In this document: in pieces, positions 41,401-53,400 of the stretch | How positions within the stretch are numbered: the first letter of the stretch is position 1 | Layout of the letters: each line of letters starts with the position of its first letter | Assembly: GCA_020137815.1 (NCBI GenBank) | Contig: CM035355.1 | Coordinates: forward strand, 930,001 to 994,000 | DNA: 64,000 nt | DNA from: Hormiphora californensis | Lineage: Eukaryota > Animalia > Ctenophora | Reading direction: 5' to 3' | Translations under genes and position numbers: made by a program | The notes under the pieces: generated by a model | The model's input: only the letters and a program-made list of their open reading frames with translations | What the model was told of the DNA's origin: nothing | The model's database searches: none

Positions 41401-44400
41401 ACCTTGTTCCATCTGTCAGCAATCTGGGTACACATGCTGGTAGTTGGTCTGGCACAATGCCAGGGTAGGGAAGCATGGGGGTGGGGAGATCATACGCCTC
41501 TCTCACAGTATACATGCCAATACTCCAACAATAATCCTCCACAAACTGCTGCCCAAACTTGCTGACCCCATCGCACGTGATCGTCTCTCCTCCGTACTGT
41601 TTTAGAGATACCATCATACACACGTGTTTTGGATAGTATAGCTGATCCCCAGGTTAGAGGATTTGTCGCATGCAACTCACCACACTAGAGTGCATACACT
41701 ATAGAACATAATGCGGTTATTAGGGTGCCCAGCTATGCTGTAGAGAAATCTTTGCCGAAAGGACCGTAGATGAAACGCCACAGAAAGTAATATCAGCACC
41801 CCGACATCGGATTTATCCAGGTCACCTTGCTTTGCTTACACCCACAATAACCGCAAACCTGTTCTAACAACCAGTACTATGTTGTTATAGTCACATGATT
41901 CATAATCCATACATATGCGGCTTCTTATGCAGTCACCCTTCTCCAGTGACTGGTGCTTGTTTTTACCATAATATTAGGTTGCCTCAGAAAAAATTTCGTG
42001 ACCCATTTTCTCCAATTGATTCCGATTTAAAACTTTTCTAGCCTTGAATCTATATAACGAGCGCACCCTAACGCCTCATTTTTCTATTATATAGTCACCA
42101 CCATGGAAATTCCGAATTGTACCGTACCCATGAACTTTGGTAGCCAGTACCGGGAGTTCCCGGGTCTGAATGACCTACAACTGATGTGCAGTGGAGGTGA
42201 AGTAGTCCGCACCAGCTCTTTCCCGCTAGCCATAAACAGTCCGGTAATGTGCGATTTGGTCGGTACCCAGGGAATGAAAGAGCTAGACTTGGAGGAATTT
42301 TCGGAGCCCTCGGTGAATTGTTTCGTCTATGCATGTTACTCGGGTCATTTAACTCTCCTCAAGAAGCAAAACTTTCGGGAGGTCAACAAAATGTGTGCAG
42401 TGTTTAAGGTCCAATGGATGATAGACAGCTGTCTCAAATTCTTTACTGGCCTCTGCTCTGACCTTACCGAAGAATCCTTTGAAACAGCGTGGTATTTGTT
42501 CGAGGAAGCGGCATACATCCTCAAGGAGAGGAACAGCAGAGAGCTGGAAGAACCTTTAAAAAACAGATTGGAAGAATTGCCTACTCTCAGATTGGCTCTG
42601 ATAAATGAATTTCTCTCACGTGATCCTAACAAACAAGAGTTCATGTACACCAAGCTTTGTTTATCCCTGGCTGGAAAGTCAACCCCTGTTCTTCATAGTT
42701 GGCTTGTTACCCTGATAGAAATTAAGACCCCTCCCGTGGAACTTAGTGGAGTCGAAAAACAGTTCCTCAAATCCCAAACCCTGACGATTTGTTCCCAAGA
42801 GGATCCTGAAGTGTACAAAAAGTTGGTCAGTACTCTACAATCTTCATTGGGCAACGAAGATCTTGGTGCATTATTTGCAACGTTCCTTCAGGTTCAAATG
42901 ATGCCAGTAGTACCCAGTCCCTCGAGTAGCTCCCAGTACAAACCTGACCAGATTGTGTATCCTATAGAAATACCAGCTCTTGGAGAGTGCACTTCCTTTC
43001 TGGATGCTGTGAAAATACTAGACGGGGAAACGAGAATTAATTCATGTTTCCAGTTTGTAATGTCCTTGTTGGACTACTGCTGTGACATGTTTGGCGACAC
43101 ATTTTCACAGGATGTTGCTGATGCAATAACAGCAGCACTGGAGAAGCGACGTAACAACACTACACGTGGGCTATTTGGAGTCTCACTGTTTACTAAACCG
43201 CGGTACTTGGGAAACTTTCCTGAAGTAAGGGGAGTTGTGGAGCAGTACATGAGAGAGAAGGAGGACAGTGCAGTTATTAATATATTGTATGGGGATGCTG
43301 TATTTTACAATTGGAATGTTGTATATGATGGCGGCCCATTTAAATTCCCATTCCAGCATTCCAGCAACATGTTCCTCGACCTGCATTGTGGAACAAGTTA
43401 CTGTAATGAAAACCCAAAGGGGTCCAAGAAAAGATGCAAGTTGGCTGTGGAGTTTTCAATGTCTCTTACAAATGATCAATCGTGGCCAATAATTACCACT
43501 AAATTAGTGACGGATCAAACAATTTTAGAATCTCAAACAGACTCTCATTTTCACCAAGACCCAGAATTGCTCCAGTACATTTGGATTGTTGGTAATGGTG
43601 CTGGTCCCGGTTTCTTCCCCTTCATGGCCATGGTGTGTAGTGACATGAAAACTCCAAATACCGAACTACGAAGATTCTACGAGCACTGTAATGAACACAA
43701 TGAGATGTTCATTGATATCATGTTACCTCGTGTAGAACTTGGTTAGCTGTGTTGTTACCTTCCAATGTACTGAGTGGCTACTAGATAAATGACAATGAGA
43801 TATGCAGTAATTGGCACAAAATAAACTAATTGTGTGGTCCAATATTATTAGATGTATGGTATTGCACAACAAATAGAAACACGTTGGTTTACAAACAAAT
43901 GTTTCGATCTTGCGATCTCATCAGTGTACACTGATGAGATCGCAAGATCGAAACATTTGTTTGTAAACCAACGTGTTTCTATTTGTTGTACTCTGCTCTC
44001 GGTTCCACGCCGATAGAGCTCTCTTGTGGCCTACTGAAACAACCATATTGATGTATGGTATAATTGTATGATTCGATTTGTGTTGCGTCGTGTGAAGGAT
44101 TGTTGATTCCCTTACTGTATGTTTATATTGAACCTAGTTAATGTTTATAATATTGTTTTGAATTAATTAAGTCTAACGGTGTCTACCTAATCCCAGTTAT
44201 AGTGAATGTTATGTATACCACAGTTTCGCCACAATAGGGCTCTAAACTAAGGTAGTGTTTTCTCATCATGGGGCTCTATAATGGTGTTATTTATCACGTG
44301 ATACTCATATCTCTATTATAATTTGGAGATGTCGCGTGATGGTCGTTCGTTCAGCGGTATCTAAGCGACAGACTGCTCCTTCATAAAACACTCTATAGGC

Positions 44401-47400
44401 CCAAAGCTGTAAAGCTGTTGCTCACACTTTTGGAACTTCCAGTGGAAGTTTGCTGATATTTTCGAATGAATTTTAATATGCCAGTCCCCATAGTTACCAA
44501 TTCAGTTGCCATGGCAACCGTGTTATTGATGTTGAAAGTGGCGAAAGGAACCACCCGGCGAAGCCGGGTGGGTTATCAAAAAGCTCTTACTTGAAGCGCA
44601 CCCAATGGGTGCGCTAGTATCTCTATTATAATTTGGAGATGAACGACGTCGAAGTGATGGCCGTTCGTTAGGCGGTATCTAAGCGACAGACTGCTCCTTC
44701 ATTAAGAATTTCAATGGCGTCCTGCAGTGGTGCAGTGACCAAAATTACGTAACTATGGCGGAAGTTGAGCCGCGCGCACACAGTGGCTGCTAACAGCGAC
44801 TGCTTTAACTTCTCCTTCCGCTGCGCGCGTTCCTGGAATGATAACGTCCTGTCATGACCACTTCATGTTGCTATGGCACTGATTTAAATTGTTTTGGGTC
44901 CTCTTGATGTGTGCTCACTGCTCCTGCTATCCGATCACATTTCATCTCATCAGAAACCAGCCCTGTCAGTGTCACATATCTCACAGTCATCAGCTCAGTA
45001 CACTGCACAGTGTCACATGTTTAAATTACCACTCCCATTATTATGGGATTGTCGAATAGAACTCTAAATCAGATGTCAAACCCAAAGCGTTACGTGTAAC
45101 ACCCGGCCCTTTTTTGGGAGCAGTTGTTTTTACTTTGCTGGCAGTTTGAGATCATTTCGGAACATAATTTAGCAATTCAGTCTCCATAGTTACCGATTTA
45201 GTTGCCATGGCAACCATTGAATTGGTGACATATGTGGGAGAAAGAGGGCCACCCGGCGGAGCCGGGTGAGTTATCAAAACGCCCTTACTTGGGGCGCACC
45301 CAATGGGTGCGCTAGTATATATATATGTTGGTGTTGGTGGCCACGTAAAGCACAAATATTAACTGAATCAATAAGTTGACCGATCTAATCGGATGTCTTT
45401 GACAAACATAAATATCATAAAATTTATTTAATAACACATCGATATACATAGTTTATTTTATCTATCTCAACAGTTCACACTAGTTTGTCAGCCTGTATCA
45501 CACCCGTATTGTCATCAACAGTACTATCATGATCCATAGCAAATTGATTCTTCACTACTTCCACATCCATGGTTGCCTTGGTAACAAGTCTATAGGTTAA
45601 CTCATCAAATATCCTGGTGAAGATGACTGGATTAGTGTTACTCATCAGCACCTGAATCAGCTCCCTTCCCCCTGCTCCAATACTCCTAAAGACATACTGA
45701 TACCGGGGTCTATTAGGCATCATGCAATCATCCAGCATCCTCTCATAGGTGCCTCGCCAGAAGAACATCTCACTAAGATGAAGGAAGCAACTGCAGAGAT
45801 TGGAGAAGAAGGCTAAGATAAGAATGAACCATGTGATAAGGAAGAGATATTGATAGAGGACGTTAGGGGTCAGGACACACATTGCAGTCTCAGTTTCTAG
45901 ACCACTCAACCCGAACCGCTGTACCTCACACGCGACCATTTTAGGAAATAGTTTATCTTTGTTAAGAGTGGTGTGGTTTACTAAATTCTCCTCGTATAAA
46001 GTGAACCTAACACCAAACCAATCAGCCCCATAGTTATACCATGTCTCACTCCCATACTCGAACATTTCACCTGTCAGGTAAAATACTGCTACCGTAATAC
46101 CTAGATAGAAGAGCTTGGTGCACCCTATAGCTAAACTGAAGCTATTTCGTTTAAACCAAAACTTCAGACCTTTCCCAAAGATGTGGTGTTTAAACCGGTA
46201 ATACAACCAACTAACCACTTTCTCCTGAGTTTTCTCAGCAGCCTGCCCGTCTGACAGGGTGGTCTTGCAGAGTTGCCTGATGAGTGGTTTGTACTCCCCT
46301 GCTGCAAAGTGTTTGAAAAGTAGGTAGGGTGTGTAGTAAGCAGCTGCTACGATGGCAAAGTAGAACTGTACCCACTGGTACCACAGGTGGAATATCTTCT
46401 CCGGGGGCAGGACATCCTTCTCACTGGGACACTCCAACCTTGTTCCATCTGTCAGCAATCTGGGTACACAAGCTGGTAGTTGGTCTGGCACAATGCCAGG
46501 GTAGGGGAGCATGGGGGTGGGGAGATCATACGCCTCTCTCACAGTATACATGCCAATACTCCAACAATAATCCTCTACAAACTGCTGCCCAAACTTGCTG
46601 ACCCCATCGCACGTGATCGTCTCTCCTCCGTACTGTTTTAGAGATACCACCATACACATGGTCAGAATGATGATGAACACGTAGCATCTATTGACCTGAT
46701 CCCAGGCATCGTCAACTGTAACGTCTTTGAAGGGCGAGTACTGACGAAGGGAGTGGACTATCCAGAATGGGTGGATTGTCATATTCAGCTAGAAATACGG
46801 CAGGATTTTATAATATAGCAGCTAGTGGACTATCCAGAAGGGGTGGATTGTCATATTCAGCTAGAAATACGGCAGGATTTTATGATATAGCAGCTAGTGG
46901 ACTATCCAGAATGGGTGGATTGTCATTATCAGCTAGAAATACGTCAATATTTTATAATATAGCAGCTAGTGGACTATCCAGAATGGGTGGATTGTCATTA
47001 TCAGCTAGAAATACGGCAGGATTTTATAATATAGCAGCTAGAAATTCAGTCAGTGGTACAGTTTCTGATGTAGTGTCTGGAGCAAAACAATGAAACTGTC
47101 AGTTTTTGATAAACAAGACCAACAGACACAATTCAAAAGTCTCCCAGCAAGGCGGGTTAAACAACTGAGTAAAGTCTGTCTTTGAGATTGCCACTGAAGC
47201 GATAAAGGGAGTGTGTAAGCTTGGTGTGGTGCATATATAGTAGACATCTCAGACAAACCTAGATAAAACCCTCCATTTCTATTTATAACTGGCTGTAATA
47301 GTCGTTGGAAAATTTCAAATTACATAGTTAGTCCGGTGGATCGGTTGAAAAGTAGTGGATTAGCATCTAACCAACTAGCTGAACCTCACAAAATGTACCA

Positions 47401-50400
47401 ACTTTTACTTATGATCAAGAGTCAAAACCCTATTACACAATTCCCTCTACACAGGTACTGCACTAGGTGGATTTGATGATTGTACCAACTACACTCGGTT
47501 TACTGTTGAAATAGTCCTGACCGATGCTGGATTTGAGAAGTATAGAGACGTGTTGGTTTTACTGTTCCAGTACATAGCTATGATGAGGGATAACCTACCG
47601 TGTGAGAGGTACTGCAATAACTTTCCGGGATTTTGTGACTTTTCATTTGATCTACCGAACACTGTGAAATAACTTGGTAATGAAATTACCCCTCCGCAAA
47701 AGCTCACGGAAGCAATATAATAACAGGGGTGACTTCGTAACCAAGAAATAACCCCGGTGTAAGTTGTCCTACACTGACTGTACACCGCGCAACCGAGGCC
47801 CAGTGCGAAGAGGAGGGTCTCATATGAGACAAGGTGTAAGCCACATAACTATGTTTGATTCCCTGTTTAGGCTCTACAAGGAGTGTAAGAAAATGTATCA
47901 GATAGATTTTGACTTCATGGAGGAGGAGGAACCTTATGACAACGTAGAGAATCTCTCAGAAAACATGCTGGTATGTGTAGCATGTGTTATCCTGTATGTG
48001 TAGCATGTGTTATCCTGTATGTGTAGCATGTGTTATCCTGTATGTGTAGCATGTGTTATCCTGTATGAGTGTTATATCACGTGTGTGTTACCTTGTGTGT
48101 GTGTCACGTGTGTTACTGATGATCAGGAGATATGAGTGTTTTTTTAGACCTCCCCGTGCTAACATATGAGTGGTTATGTTGCATCAGTAATGTGTTACTA
48201 TTGTACAAGTTGCAGATCTCTCTATATCAGGAGATTGTCTAACCCCCTCCCCCCATATCCCAGCTGTCTACCCCCTCCCCCCATATCCCAGCTGTCTACC
48301 CCCCCCCCATCTCCCAGTTGTCTACCCCCTCCCCCCATATCCCAGTTGTCTAACCCTCTCCCCTATCTCCCAGTTGTCTAACCCCCTCCCCCCATATCCC
48401 AGTTGTCTAACCCCCTCCCCCCCCCCATCTCCCAGCTGTCTACCCCCTCCCCCCCATCTCCCAGCTGTCTACCCCCTCCCCCCATATCCCAGCTGTCTAA
48501 CCTCCCCCCCCCAGTTGTCTAACCCCCTCCCCCCCTATTATATCCAGTTGTCTAACCCCCTCCCCCATCTCCCAGCTGTACCCAGCAGAACACTACATCA
48601 GTGGTCCTGAGTTGTTCTACGAGCACCAACCTGATTTAGTAACCTCCCTACTGAAAGAGATGAATCCTCATACCATGCTACTAACGCTACAGAGCAAGAC
48701 TTACCAAAGTATGTGAAATGTAGTAGTTAATTAGTTAATCAGTTAACCAGTTAATTAGTTAATTAGTTAGTTAATTAATTAGGAAATTAGTCTTCAAGGG
48801 TTCTTCAGCTAGACTTCTCTACAAATATCGTTAGTCAATTCATTATTGTATTTCTCTATTACTTCCACCCCCTTTAGAAGAGTGCAAGAGTCAGGAACAA
48901 TGGTACAGGGGCAACTACAAAAAAGATAAGCTAGAGGAGCAGTTCCTGGAGACACTAGCCAGCCAGAAGGGAGGGAGTTTCAACCTACCTGAACCAAATC
49001 CATACATACCCGAGGTATGAGCCACTTCTGAACTCATCAGACGGAGCTGGGGGCTTAGAACTCACTGTTTACTCACATGTTTCCCTCCCCTAAGTTACAC
49101 TTTTCCAATTCAGGATTTTGAGATAAAAGAACTTGATATCGACCAGACGGCCCAGGCTCCGGTTTTGATAGCAGATGAGAAAGCCCACAAATTGTGGTAC
49201 TATGTTGATGATGTTTTCGAGAAACCCGAGTGTCTAATGTACTGGCAGGTGTACTGGTGAGTTAACATCGGTTACCACTGGTTACAACTCGTTACCATAG
49301 TTACCAGTGAATAATAGTGATGTCTTGTATTGTGGCTTTGTAGCGACTATCGTGACTACCCCTCAACACTCTATAATTTTCCGCCCAAAGTTTAGTAACC
49401 CTTGTATAGACACTTGACCTAGTAGCCAAAAAAATGCAAACTTTGAGATAGGTAACGATAAGTTGAAAAGTATATCAAAATACCAATAAATAATGTTTAA
49501 AACATTAAAATGCTTAAAAAAGACCCAACGACAGTCTGAAAACCAAATTCTTAAAATTAATATTGCTCATATTAAAATTCATCTTCTTCTAAAATGATAT
49601 CATGAACATTGAAAGAACCCTGCTGCCTACAAACAATAACATGCTTCATCATGATGGCTGAATCATTGGTCTCTCACGCAACAAAATCAAATTCTGCCTT
49701 CTCCGTGCGAGTTCAGCTGCATTAGCCCTCTTCTCCATCTGCTTTTCACTGACAGGTATTCTTAAACCGTCCCTAGAGCCCTGAATGTCGTGCTATTTGG
49801 CGTCACGTTGGAGGTCTGACTATCATTTGACTTGAACATTGGGGAACTATTTAGAAGGTTTCCTAGAGATATCCTACTGGGCCTGCCCCTCCCACTGGAA
49901 TGGTGTTATAGTTGAACTAAACATGTTGCCCAGAGAGACCCGTCCTGGCCTCCTGGGGGCAGTAGGATTAGACGGTCTGGCACCTTCTGATAGCTTCCTC
50001 CCCGCCACTAGAACAGGTCTTGGACCCAGCTGGGGCACTGCAGGTGAGGCTGGTTCAGGCTGAACGTTGTTGGACACCTACTCTGGAGTCTTGTACCGTA
50101 GATCTGGTTGGGGGAGGTGAACCAGGGGCTGAAGGATCCTCAGGCGCCTTATAAGGAGCGAGCCTTCTCATAGATGATTCTAATAAGTGTCTGTATGAGT
50201 TTAGTAAACCAGTTGATAATAGGTATCGTCGTGTAGCAGAGGGTTTACCATCGAGTTGATGGGGAGAACTACAAAGCTGAAAATCAAATAGGCATCTTTA
50301 GCATCAACAATCTCAGTGATAATTCAACCCGCACACAACTATAAAGGGTATCCAGCAGCAGAAATCAGTTGCAATTAAGGATGGACAGTTTAGTTTGGAG

Positions 50401-53400
50401 TCTGTTGTTCTTCGCATTCTTCATCTTCATACCCTACTCCTTGACTCCTCATACTCTTGAACTTCTTGGATAACAGTTTCCGTGTTGACTCTGAGTTCTT
50501 GAGGTGAAGTAGGATGGATGCTGCGGTTATTACGACAAAGCAGCAGAAATTGAGGGATAGAATGGTGATGGAGTACCATTTCACATTGTCGTGATCATCT
50601 TTAACCACGAAATATCTGAACATACATCCTCCCTCGTTACCATAGAATGATACGCTCCGGGCCTGGATACTATCATCCCTCTGGCCCGTGCCATTAGATA
50701 CAAACATGGGGGTAATCAGAGTCTTGTTCAGAAGTCTCCCAGGATAGACTCTCCAGATCATTGGTTCGAAATCTACCGTAATACTGCTGGAAGGATGTCA
50801 GCTAAGTCCTCCTTCTTCAGTATCCCTCGGAAAAGTGGGTTCTGGTGAAGATACATGCCCAGGATTAAAGGAATCCTCTAAGCCGGGTATTAGCGGTATA
50901 ACCGCTATTGTCAGTGCCAGTAGGAATATAACAGTGATGATGATGATGAATCAGGACCAGTTTACTGGTAGTCACTCTTCGCTGCATCTTCCACGATGTA
51001 ACACTTACCAATCGGAACAGTGATATTGCTGTCATGGCAAAGAGGGAGAGTTGTGAGCCAATCGTTGCTAGGACACCAAATGCAGTACAGGAACTCTCAG
51101 TTAACATGTAGTACTGTTCTCGACACAACTCCTGGGGATTGGACACGCGGGTGAAGTAGGTGGTAGAGACTCCGGTTAGATAGATTCCCATCATCAGATC
51201 ACCAACTACTATCGTGAAAATGAACATCCTGTTGATAATGCCAAGAAAGGATTTAGCATCTCGTATCTTGGAAACACTGGATACCATGACAACAGAATTC
51301 GCTAGGATTGCACCCACCCCGATGATTGTTCCATACACCAGGAGCGTCATATCAACATTGTAGTTGCAAGATTCATCACACTCATCTTCAAACCGAGCAC
51401 AATCTATTTTCCCGTCGCACACCATTGATTTGGGTATCAGTTTACCTGATTCTGTGCATGTGAAGTTGTTCGCACAGATCACCTCATCACTGGAATCTCC
51501 GCAGTCGTTTTCCAGGTTGCAAACCTTGTCCCATGTGACACATAGTGAGTTGGAACATTGAAACAGGTCGTTACGGTACTCCCCATTCACCTTATACACC
51601 TGCTGTAGGGTGTTCGACTTGGAGAGGGTGTAGATAAAGGGTAGATTGGTGCACTTCGTAGGGGCTGTTTCCATGGTGATTGGACATGGAGTTTTATCAC
51701 TACACTTTCCATTGCAGGCCATGACGACATAGAGCTCACCGTAGATATACTGACAGTCTACGTCCATTTGAGGAATGACATATTGCCTCTTTTTTACTGC
51801 GAACACTTCCTCAAATCCAGGATAGGAGATAGTAGTACAGGTCCTGGAGAAGTTACTCATGTCGTAGCTGGTGAACCCAGGAAGACAATACGAAACAAAC
51901 CTGGTGCCTTTTGTTTCCAAGATTTTAGTAAAAACTGTAAAGTTTCTACACATATCGTTCTCCGATCCAAAATGTATCTTATCATCGCACAGCTCACTAA
52001 CTAACATTGGTCTTCCAGTGAAGGGCATTAGGAAAGCTGACTGAGTACAGGTTTTACTTTTAGATTCCCAGAAGACATTGTTACATTTGTGCCATTTATC
52101 TTCCTCCTCATCGACCCCCGATCTACAATCAACATAACCATTTTGTACCATATCGTAGGAGACATTAGTGTGGTACCCTCCTACTCTCCTGACACACGTG
52201 ACGTCAGACAGAGTGACGTCATTACAAACACTAGGCTGCTCGTCCATGTGATCCTCACAGTTATACCTCCCATCACACTGATAGTCCTTGTGGATATAGC
52301 AGGAGTCAGAGAAGTGGTTGCAGAGGTTATGGTAGTCTTCCCCGTCACATACATCATGGCTGCCAGAACACAGAACCAGAGAGGACAGGTTGGTTGTGTA
52401 GTTGGCAACCAGACAGGACATCACTGAGTCTGTACAGTTCAGCTGATCTAGAGCGGTGTTGTTGCAGAGGAGAAACGGGGAGCACAGCCGAGATTGTGGC
52501 AGGACGACATTGCCGCACATTGGTAACCCTGGATTGTTACAATCGACTTCATCCTCTCCTCCCGAACATTGGCTGATATTATCACAAATGTAACGAGGAT
52601 CAACGAACAATGTCCCGTTGTCACAAAGTACCCCAAAATCGGGGAATTTCCGATCCGAATCTGTGCAATTCCGTTCATCGTAACAGTTCCAGCACTGACA
52701 GTGCCCATCACACTTACTGGAGAGAGGAACTGTAGTACCAATAATATCTAGACAATCCAGTACATTGTCTATCATGTCGCATATTGCAGCTGTATTGATA
52801 TTTGTACAATTCATTGTACAGAGTTTGTGGGGCGGAATGTTAACGTAGATTCGTTTATCATGTGCTTCACAGATCACGGAGTTGCAAAGGGAATAGTTTC
52901 CGGGTACGTCCTCCTTCCTACCCTCCAGACACCCCTGAAAAACAATATTATGTTAGTTGTAATTCTTGGAAATGAGGCATTACATGTATATAATAATAGG
53001 ATCATCGGGCAAGGTCTGTGTAACAAGCCCGAATGAGGATTGAGGCATGAAGCTTTTCGAGACTAATCTTGGTAAAAACAAAAATTAAAAAAGTTTCTCA
53101 TCAACTGACCTGCTAAAAAGTCAAATACTTGGTCAGCTACCATACCTGGTAAAACATAGGATCAAGATTGCATCTTCTACTCAGCTCTGTTTGGTTGACT
53201 CTGGAATACATTTCATTCTCCCAAGGGCATTGGTAAAATGTTTCGTTCCCTTGAATACATCTCTTAGCGAGATAGGAATTCCCTTCGAAAATTCCCTTCT
53301 CCACTACTCGACAATCTGGTGGGTTATCTGTGAGTGGATAGGTCACACAATCTATAGTTACCTTGGTTACCTTGGTTACTGTAGCTACCATGGGTACTGA

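Noticed and set aside
30520-43746. Diversity-generating retroelement explaining BTB variability
   Set aside because: There is no reverse transcriptase or template repeat in the window. Differences are not restricted to adenines and include indels.
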